DNA from: a virus
Reading direction: 5' to 3' (one strand)
DNA length: 64,000 nucleotides
IMG/VR virus record: IMGVR_UViG_3300037484_000374
Coordinates: 106,952-170,951 of that record
In this document: piece by piece, positions 6,949-14,483 of the stretch
How positions within the stretch are numbered: the stretch's first letter is position 1
Layout: each line of letters opens with the position of its first letter
The notes under the pieces: model-generated
What the model was told of the DNA's origin: nothing
What the model saw: only the letters and a program-made list of their open reading frames with translations
The model's database searches: none
Position numbers and translations under genes: made by a program

Positions 6949-7221
6949 ATGGATGAATTTGTTAAAGTATTTTGTAGGGTTGTAAAGATGCATTGGTACA
7001 CTTGGAAAGCAAAATATATTCTGGATTCTATTTTGGATGTATGTCGATGGATAATTTATATTGGTTTCCTTCCAAAGACATTAATTAACTGGACTGTTGG
7101 TTGTCATTTGGCAAACTCCAAAAGATTAAGGAAGGTTATTATAGAATCTGATTTTACAGACATCATAAAATTTGTAGATCGGGCTGATAGAGCCTATAGA
7201 AACCTTTACATCGAAGATTAA
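6949..7221 (+). CDS. hypothetical protein (paralog of 7231-7494)
   Basis: AAGGA RBS; similar N-terminus and length to the next gene. Confidence 0.6.
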   Translation: MDEFVKVFCRVVKMHWYTWKAKYILDSILDVCRWIIYIGFLPKTLINWTVGCHLANSKRLRKVIIESDFTDIIKFVDRADRAYRNLYIED

Positions 7222-7230
7222 AGGAACAAA

Positions 7231-7494
7231 ATGAGTAAGCTAAAAATTGTTTTGAGGATAGTAAGATTGTACAGATGTACTTTTATAGGAAAGTATTACA
7301 TACCGTTTTTAAATAAAATCATGGATTGTTTTGTGTTTCTTGGAATTATCCACTACGGATTTCACAACCATATTGTTGATAAGATAAAGGAAAACACACA
7401 AAGAATAATTGAGATCGCCATAGAAGGTGGTAACCATGACCTTGCTGATATCGCTGATGATCAGAATAAAACAGCAGACGATTTATATATTTAA
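7231..7494 (+). CDS. hypothetical protein
   Basis: AAGGA RBS; ORF track. Confidence 0.6.
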   Translation: MSKLKIVLRIVRLYRCTFIGKYYIPFLNKIMDCFVFLGIIHYGFHNHIVDKIKENTQRIIEIAIEGGNHDLADIADDQNKTADDLYI

Positions 7495-7500
7495 ATGTGA

Positions 7501-7573
7501 CGCAAAGTAGACCGGTGTCTGGTGAAGTCTCATAAGCTCTCACGCTGGGGTTCAATTCCCCACTTTGCATCCA
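7501..7573 (+). tRNA. tRNA-Met(CAT), initiator-like (C1:A72 mismatch)
   Basis: CGCAAAG/CTTTGCA; CT CAT AA loop; GGTTCAATTCC; TCCA. Confidence 0.75.
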
Positions 7574-7584
7574 AATAATTAAAT

Positions 7585-7658
7585 GGGGATATAGTTTAGT
7601 GGCAGAACAGCTGTCTTTCTAACAGCCAGCAGGGGTTCGATTCCCCTTATCCCTACCA
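7585..7658 (+). tRNA. tRNA-Glu(TTC) with U37
   Basis: GCTGT-CT TTC TA-ACAGC; GGTTCGATTCC; ACCA. Confidence 0.8.
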
Positions 7659-7729
7659 AAAAAATTTATTTTGTATTTTAAATATTTTTCCATAAAATCC
7701 ATATAAATACCAATACAAGGAGAAATAAT

Positions 7730-8839
7730 ATGGATGCATATTGGATAAACCCACAAGGAAAAATATTACAATTGACAGGGGGGACACATATAAAGATAGT
7801 TTTTGATAATCCAAATAAGTTTGGATTATCAAAACAATCAATTCAAAAAATATATGATAAATATAACGAAAATTATGGAATAGAAGGAAAGGCGAGAGAT
7901 GAAATTATCACAAAGATCATCCAACGAGGCTATGTTCGTATCAGAGAATACAAGAACAGGTGGAGCGTTCAGGTATGGAAGATCAATAATAAAGTAAATG
8001 ATACATTATGGGTATGGGCAAAGACCGTATTACCCAAAGCAAGTGATAAATTTGCTGATATAGACATCACAGAAATTGGTGGAAGGAAAGGTTTAATGAG
8101 AACATCTTTATCAAAATTGGCAAGTGGTGGAAGTATTTCAGAAGAAGAAAAAGAATTGGCAGAACGGCATGTTCGTTTTGTAGACTCGATTGATGATTTT
8201 GATGATTATGTTCCAGAGACAGAAGAAGAAATATCAGAAAAATATATAGTCAATGAATCATCATTGTCAAGGCTATGGAAACACAATACAGAACACGATT
8301 GTGGGGCTTTAACGGCATGGCGTAGAGCAGAGGGTTGTGGTGAGGGTAGATTATATACACATAAGGAAAACCAACAACGTAATAAATCACTCAGAGCAAA
8401 ATTAATGGCCATGGGCTATTCTGTAACTGTGATATCTGGAAAATACCCAGAGGGTGGTAAAACATCCAAGGAAGATAGTTATTTTGTCGTTGACATGGAT
8501 GACGATGGACAGCTTGAAAAGGATTTACTGAAACTCGGAGAAATCTTTGAGCAGGATTCCATATTGTTTGTTCCAAAGGGTGCTGTTGAAAGAAAACAGA
8601 AAGCACTTTTAATAGGAACAAATCATTGTCCTAATGGATTCCCTGGGTATGGTAAAAAACTTGAATTTGAAAAGGGCAAATTTGGTGTTAATAGCCCTAT
8701 ATATACATCATATGTTAATGGCCGACCATTTATATTTGAAACTCTTGAGATGACAACACTCCACAGGCAAGGTAATGGTATGGGGGTCTGGGCAACATAT
8801 CTCATAGCAAAAAAAGGTTGGCAAGACATAGACGTATAA
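7730..8839 (+). CDS. late-expressed two-domain phage protein (NESSLSRL motif)
   Basis: Late promoter at 7702; AGGAGA RBS; Glu-rich linker; terminator at 8857-8903. Confidence 0.75.
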   Translation: MDAYWINPQGKILQLTGGTHIKIVFDNPNKFGLSKQSIQKIYDKYNENYGIEGKARDEIITKIIQRGYVRIREYKNRWSVQVWKINNKVNDTLWVWAKTVLPKASDKFADIDITEIGGRKGLMRTSLSKLASGGSISEEEKELAERHVRFVDSIDDFDDYVPETEEEISEKYIVNESSLSRLWKHNTEHDCGALTAWRRAEGCGEGRLYTHKENQQRNKSLRAKLMAMGYSVTVISGKYPEGGKTSKEDSYFVVDMDDDGQLEKDLLKLGEIFEQDSILFVPKGAVERKQKALLIGTNHCPNGFPGYGKKLEFEKGKFGVNSPIYTSYVNGRPFIFETLEMTTLHRQGNGMGVWATYLIAKKGWQDIDV

Positions 8840-8953
8840 AAATAAGAACACTTTGAAAACCCCTCTTTTTCTTTGATATCAAGGAATTGGGGTTTTTCTT
8901 TTTTGTCGTTATTTTAAATTTTTTATATAAATACTATTAAGGGAGTAACGAAA

Positions 8954-9235
8954 ATGGAGATTTATGAAAAATATCTTCTTGAAACCTTACCGGATGGCTG
9001 GACAAAAGACAGCGTTCAAAAGTTTGCCAAGACGATAGCGGCAAGCACTGACAAGGAAGGTTTCTTCAAGAAGTGAGTGGAGAGAATGTCACAGCATTTG
9101 GATGATGCTGAAATGGTTAACGGTCTTTGTGCCAGTATGCTTGATAAAGCTAAAGGCAGTACATATTGGAGAGGTTCACATAAGACAGCGGCGCAGGCAA
9201 AGAAGGATGTAGCGGCACACCAAAATGTAAAATGA
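8954..9235 (+). CDS. 93-aa protein with in-frame TGA at codon 41 (candidate selenoprotein or nonsense pseudogene)
   Basis: Late promoter at 8926; GGGAG RBS; GFFKK*VERM...GLCASMLD...YWRG; hairpin at 9092-9110. Confidence 0.6.
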
Positions 9236-9256
9236 TGCAATTAATGCAGAGGAAAT

Positions 9257-9466
9257 ATGATACAGGCAAAAATAATCAAGACAGAGACTGAGTACGACCA
9301 TGCGCTGCTCCGCATTGATGAGTTAATGAATGCGACCCCAGACACGCCGGAAGGTGATGAGCTTGAGTTGCTTATTACCCTGATTGAGCTTTATGAGGCG
9401 AAAGAGTATGCCATTGACCTGCCGGATGCGGTCAGTGCTATAAAATTCCGTATGGAGCAACAGTAA
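9257..9466 (+). CDS. HigA-type antitoxin N-terminal fragment (HTH missing)
   Basis: IIKTETEYDHAL.RIDELM.A.PDTPEGDELELL.TLIE.YE...LPD.V.AIKFRMEQ, then stop. Confidence 0.75.
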   Translation: MIQAKIIKTETEYDHALLRIDELMNATPDTPEGDELELLITLIELYEAKEYAIDLPDAVSAIKFRMEQQ

Positions 9467-9664
9467 AACAAAATTTTTTCATCAAAATATAAGAAAGAAT
9501 TAAGCAAAATAGAACGAATAGTATTATTGAAAAATGGTGTGATGATCATGGTATGAAATATAGCAATACAAAATATCACATCAGAATGGGAAACAATTAT
9601 AGATGATATACTATAAAAAAACAGTAAAATATAAATTGTAAAATATGTATAAAAAGGATGATAA

Positions 9665-10213
9665 ATGGTAAATGGTAAAGCAAAAGGAAGTGGATATGAG
9701 AGACAAATATGTAAACATCTCAGTATTTGGATACAAGGTACCGAAAAACCATATCTTTTTTGGAGACAACCGGCAAGTGGTGGATTGTCAACTATAGACG
9801 GACGTAATAGTGAAAACTTATCAGGAGATATAAGGTCTATTAATACAACTTCGGAATGGTTTTGTGGAATATATAGTGTTGAGATAAAGACCGGTTATCC
9901 TGATGCATCACTTGATAAGTTTTTAAAATATAATAAGTCTGACCCCCTTAGAGCGTTCTGGGTTCAGTGCATAGATGATGCAAATCTTTCCGAGAAAAGA
10001 CCATTGCTCATCTATAAGAAGAAAGGGATGCCTACCCCTTGGGTTGGTATTGATGAAAATGTAAAGAAGATTCTGGCCAAAGAATTAAAAGGTTTGAGGT
10101 TTGTGATGTTACATTGGGCAGAAGATTTACCGGACACATATCTTTATGAGTATAAGGAATTCTTTGATACGATAACACCCGAATTAATGAAGAAAAGGTT
10201 TAATATAAAATGA
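9665..10213 (+). CDS. Holliday junction resolvase-like PD-(D/E)XK nuclease
   Basis: NGKAKGSGYER...SGG...GDI...VEIK...W.Q. Confidence 0.75.
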   Translation: MVNGKAKGSGYERQICKHLSIWIQGTEKPYLFWRQPASGGLSTIDGRNSENLSGDIRSINTTSEWFCGIYSVEIKTGYPDASLDKFLKYNKSDPLRAFWVQCIDDANLSEKRPLLIYKKKGMPTPWVGIDENVKKILAKELKGLRFVMLHWAEDLPDTYLYEYKEFFDTITPELMKKRFNIK

Positions 10214-10455
10214 ATATCCAGATAACACCAACAGAATTTGAAAATCTAATGTTGTTATACATTGAAAATATAACAATGAAAAGATCGGAAGCGGTTGGTG
10301 ACAAGATGGAAACCTTTACAAGTGAAGTAGTAGATAAGGCTATTGATAACCTGTTACTTCAAATGCAAACAAATTTCTCCCCGAAAGAGAAGCTAAACGC
10401 AAAACGTTTAATCTCTGAAATAACATCGGGTAAAAACATAATTATAATAACATAA
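10210..10455 (+). CDS. hypothetical protein
   Basis: ORF in operon; N-terminus resembles the next gene. Confidence 0.65.
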   Translation: MNIQITPTEFENLMLLYIENITMKRSEAVGDKMETFTSEVVDKAIDNLLLQMQTNFSPKEKLNAKRLISEITSGKNIIIIT

Positions 10456-10459
10456 AACT

Positions 10460-10912
10460 ATGAGCAAAATAACAGTAACACCAGATGAGTTTGTTGATTT
10501 CGTAATATCGTTTTTGTTAAATAAAATGATACACAAGAAAGAGATGTTGGGTGATAACGAGAGATTTAACGATATCGTGGAAAGAATGGAGAGAGGTGGT
10601 TTGAAATCACATCTTCTACAAGCATTTCTGAAATTCGATTCTCAACAAAGGATGCAGTTTAAAAGAATAAAAGATGTATTTGAAGGGAAAGATAATGTCA
10701 GAAATACTATTGATATTCTCCCAGACAGAACATCCAAAGAAAAAGCTTTCCGTAACAAGGGTGATAACAGTTTTCTTAATGAAATTATTAAAAGAGTAAT
10801 AAAAGAGGCGAGGAGCTACAGGATCAGAACAGGTTGTCTTATTTCAAACGACAAAATGGAAAGGTTGATTGACAAAGTGTTAACAGAAGAGTATAATAAG
10901 GAGAGTAAATAA
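10460..10912 (+). CDS. hypothetical protein
   Basis: ORF in operon. Confidence 0.7.
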   Translation: MSKITVTPDEFVDFVISFLLNKMIHKKEMLGDNERFNDIVERMERGGLKSHLLQAFLKFDSQQRMQFKRIKDVFEGKDNVRNTIDILPDRTSKEKAFRNKGDNSFLNEIIKRVIKEARSYRIRTGCLISNDKMERLIDKVLTEEYNKESK

Positions 10913-11256
10913 TGGGTGCATTTACAGATGGAACAACACCAGCAGATTCAGCGGCGACTGACAAGGGAGTATCAACAGGTACGGTGGCAACAGGAGAAAC
11001 ACCAGAAGGTTTCGCAACAGATGTTGAGGGGTGTAGAGCAGATGCCGAAGTAAAGGTTGGAACCGAAAATTATCCTGTATTTGATGTTGATGATAAAGAG
11101 TTTTATCAGAATATGAAGTACGGACGAAAAAGATTACGATTCGGTGCTGAGTCAAAAGCTGGAACGTATCTAAGGGGAACCAGATATAAAAGACCATTTT
11201 TTGTTCGTCATACTGATCCAAATGGTAAGGCGTATATAAGAAAAATTGAAAAATAA
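10912..11256 (+). CDS. hypothetical protein
   Basis: AGGAG RBS; ORF in operon. Confidence 0.7.
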   Translation: MGAFTDGTTPADSAATDKGVSTGTVATGETPEGFATDVEGCRADAEVKVGTENYPVFDVDDKEFYQNMKYGRKRLRFGAESKAGTYLRGTRYKRPFFVRHTDPNGKAYIRKIEK

Positions 11257-11482
11257 TCTCAAACGACAGGTGAGCAAAATACCTAAAAGAAAAAAGAAGG
11301 TCTATGGTCATTGTGAACTTTGTAAAAAAAACTTTGATAGTAGTAAAATATATAAAGGTGTTTGTGAAGGTTGTTTAGATGGTATATTAGATACATGGGA
11401 AGATATGTATCACAAAAGTGCCTATGGTGATAAACTGAAACGTGTAGTATAAATTGTGATTTAAAATAAACAGGTATATAAT

Positions 11483-12415
11483 ATGTCTAAGAAAATTGTG
11501 GTTGTTGGTTCAGGTGCAGAGCACTTGGGTATACGCAGTGATATACCTATTGTAAATAATAAGTTTGCAAACGGTGAAATAAATTTTCAATACAAGAAAA
11601 GTGTGCGTGGTAAAATTGTAAATATAATTCAATCATTTCCAGATACCAACAACAATATAATGGAATTGATGTTGATGATCGATGCCGCCAAGAGAGCGGG
11701 AGCATCAGCGGTTAATGTTCTTTTAACCATATTCCCATACTCAAGACAGGACAAGAAACACGATAGTGGTACTCCCATATCAGCCAAAGTTGTATGTGAA
11801 ATGTTATGTTCTGTCAGACCATCTAGAGTAGTTACAATAGACTTACATGCCGCACAAATACAGGGGTTCATGCCTAACAAGGTTGGGTTTGATCATATAA
11901 ATTCTTGTGCGTTCCTCGCATACCATCTCAAAAAACAAATAGACGATATAGAAGATTGGGTGTTTTGTTCACCGGACATTGGGGCAGTTAAAGGAACTCT
12001 AAAACTCGGTGGTTTATGTGGTGCTCAAGATTATGTAATCATCAACAAGACCAGAAAGAAAATAAATGAAGTTGATTCAATGGATGTTATCGGTGAAGTG
12101 GGTGGTAGAAAGGTGTTGATATTTGATGATATCATTGATACGGCTGGAACCCTTGAGTGTGCTATGAAGAATATATTCAAACTTGGGGCTTCTGATGTGG
12201 CCGCTATAGCCACTCATGGGGTGTTTTCTGGACCAGCATTTGATAGATTAAAAGGTCATAAGGTATATGTTACAAATACTTTACCGATCAGTGAAGATCG
12301 ACCATCAACGTTAACGGTTTTTAACATTGATAAATTTGTACTTAATATAATAAACAGGCTTAATAACGATGAGATGTTAAGTCCTTTATTTGAAAAATGG
12401 GAGGAAGTAAAATGA
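11483..12415 (+). CDS. prs: ribose-phosphate pyrophosphokinase
   Basis: FANGE, PYSRQDK, DLHAAQIQGF, SPDIGA, DDIIDTAGT and THGVFS motifs. Confidence 0.93.
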   Translation: MSKKIVVVGSGAEHLGIRSDIPIVNNKFANGEINFQYKKSVRGKIVNIIQSFPDTNNNIMELMLMIDAAKRAGASAVNVLLTIFPYSRQDKKHDSGTPISAKVVCEMLCSVRPSRVVTIDLHAAQIQGFMPNKVGFDHINSCAFLAYHLKKQIDDIEDWVFCSPDIGAVKGTLKLGGLCGAQDYVIINKTRKKINEVDSMDVIGEVGGRKVLIFDDIIDTAGTLECAMKNIFKLGASDVAAIATHGVFSGPAFDRLKGHKVYVTNTLPISEDRPSTLTVFNIDKFVLNIINRLNNDEMLSPLFEKWEEVK

Positions 12416-12654
12416 TTAATTTGTTTTTTAATATGATTATTGTTATGTTTGGGTTGATTATAATGCCTATATTGTCTATTATGGTTTTATATGTACTTGT
12501 CGGTGTAATTATAGTCGCTTATCTTATCATTATAATGGCTATCGATTTGATTGGTCTATTGATTAGATGGGTATATAACATGTATAATTCAATCATTTCC
12601 AGATACCAACATTGGAAATACAATAGACTGTCAATGACAAAGAGAGACAAATAA
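12412..12654 (+). CDS. small membrane protein
   Basis: Long hydrophobic stretch. Confidence 0.55.
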   Translation: MINLFFNMIIVMFGLIIMPILSIMVLYVLVGVIIVAYLIIIMAIDLIGLLIRWVYNMYNSIISRYQHWKYNRLSMTKRDK

Positions 12655-13535
12655 TGGCGAAGGTAATGTTCGATTTTAACAACTTGGCTATACGAACAGT
12701 TTTCAGTGCTGATGTTCTCACAAGAAATGATAAGAAAGAAATCATCGATGTGGATTGGGAAACATGGAGACTTTATACCTTCTCAAGTTTATACGGTGCG
12801 TTGTTTGCTGTAAAGAACGTGAGTGAGATTATAGTTGCTATCGATTCTAAGCCATCGTGGCGGCTTGGGATATGGAATCGATACAAGGAATCTCGGAAAG
12901 CAAAACGAGATGTTTCAACTCTCGATTGGGATTTATTTTTTGTAAATTACAACCAGCTTATAGCCGATCTAAAGACCCATTTCCCATTTAAGTTTATGGA
13001 AGTGCCGAGATGTGAGGCTGATGATATTATAGGGGTTTTGACTCTTAACACAGAAGAGAAGATTCATATCATATCAATGGATAAGGACTTTCTACAATTA
13101 AGCTGTGATCGGGTTAGTATATATGATCCCCTTAAAAAAACAAATGTGTCACATCCAAATCCAGATATTTTCTTGATCGAGCAATGTTTAATTGGCCAGA
13201 AAAAAGATGATATCTATAATATTATCACACCCCTTGATCATCCTCATGGAAAGAGAAAACCAGGGTTTGGTCCAGCGGCACTTGAAAAAGTTATGGTATA
13301 TGGGTGGTATGGGTGGTTACAAGATAATAATCTGGTTGACCGGTTCAAGTTCAACCTTCGCCTAATGGATTTCAGAATGATACCGGAAGATGTCAAAGCG
13401 ACAGTGCTGAAAGAGTATAATGATTATGTTCTTCCACCACCTGATATGATTTATAACTTTTTCAAAGATCATGAGTGGCCTACATATATTGAGAAATTAA
13501 CGGCTGTAGAGAATAACCTATACAGACTATATTAA
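12654..13535 (+). CDS. rnh: T4-type RNase H / 5'-3' exonuclease
   Basis: DFNN, SWR...YK..R, EADDIIG, SMDKDFLQL and D.I.NI motifs. Confidence 0.9.
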   Translation: MAKVMFDFNNLAIRTVFSADVLTRNDKKEIIDVDWETWRLYTFSSLYGALFAVKNVSEIIVAIDSKPSWRLGIWNRYKESRKAKRDVSTLDWDLFFVNYNQLIADLKTHFPFKFMEVPRCEADDIIGVLTLNTEEKIHIISMDKDFLQLSCDRVSIYDPLKKTNVSHPNPDIFLIEQCLIGQKKDDIYNIITPLDHPHGKRKPGFGPAALEKVMVYGWYGWLQDNNLVDRFKFNLRLMDFRMIPEDVKATVLKEYNDYVLPPPDMIYNFFKDHEWPTYIEKLTAVENNLYRLY

Positions 13536-13764
13536 CTCGCAAAATGTGGCGATATAACGAGACTATCTGGGGTTAAGTCGCAACACATGCCGACTCGACT
13601 TAAATCAAAATAGGGTAAGAAAAAGTTTTACCCTATCAAAAATTTAAAAATATTTTATGTAGCAAAATAGGATACTTATATATAACGGTACTGATATTAC
13701 TACTAAAATTTTTTGAGACTATTTAGAACAACTTTTATAAATAAAACTGTAAGAAGGAGAAAAC

Positions 13765-14202
13765 ATGATATTGAATGTTGTTTATTTACCTCATTATTTC
13801 GGTGATCTTCTCAGATATGAAACCGATGGAAGTTCTGGTTTTGACTTGAGGGCAAGTGAGGGTGGTAGATTAAGATCACTGCAAAGGACTATTGTTAAAA
13901 CAGGGTTGAAAATAGGAATCCCATCAGGTTTTGAAATGCAGATAAGACCACGTTCTGGTTGTGCTATAAAAAACGGATTAACCATTATTAATTCTCCTGG
14001 GACAATAGATTCTGATTTCACCGGAGAAATTGGAATTCTATTAATCAACCTATCGGATGGAGATCAGATTTGGGAGGCTGGTGATAGATTGGCACAGGGT
14101 GTTATATGTCCAGTTGTGCATGTTGTTAGATTTTGGCCGGTTGAGGAATTGGATGAAACAGAACGAGGTAATGGTGCTTATAACAGCACCGGAAGGAAAT
14201 AA
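13765..14202 (+). CDS. dut: dUTPase
   Basis: GFDLRA, RPRSG, GTIDSDFTGE, RLAQ and RG.G...STG motifs. Confidence 0.95.
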   Translation: MILNVVYLPHYFGDLLRYETDGSSGFDLRASEGGRLRSLQRTIVKTGLKIGIPSGFEMQIRPRSGCAIKNGLTIINSPGTIDSDFTGEIGILLINLSDGDQIWEAGDRLAQGVICPVVHVVRFWPVEELDETERGNGAYNSTGRK

Positions 14203-14483
14203 AATGTCAGTAGATATTAATAAGATGTTACAGGATTCGATGGTCATCACATAGCAAGACGAACAAGAGAAATATTGGGGTATAAGAAGGGTGATCTAAA
14301 ATGTTGTATGTGTGGAAATATGGAAGCAACAAATAACAGACAACGAACAGCGTATCCAGATTCGGATAATATGTGTGTATTGTGTCCAGTTTGTCAAGAG
14401 GACGCAGATAAACATTGGGATGAAGTGTGGGCTGACTACTACTCATCAAGAATGTAAAAAATTAAACTAATAAAGGGGAGTTA

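Noticed and set aside
62-7570. ORF-track entries overlapping tRNAs (62-286, 867-1085, 1334-1555, 4007-4282, 6327-6993, 7346-7570, and the 5' extensions of 886 and 5663)
   Set aside because: They are shadows of tRNA genes with no RBS or protein features
11483-12415. NAD-reconstitution (Adps/Namat) anti-defence pathway
   Set aside because: No adjacent nicotinamide phosphoribosyltransferase-like gene, and the protein keeps canonical Prs motifs
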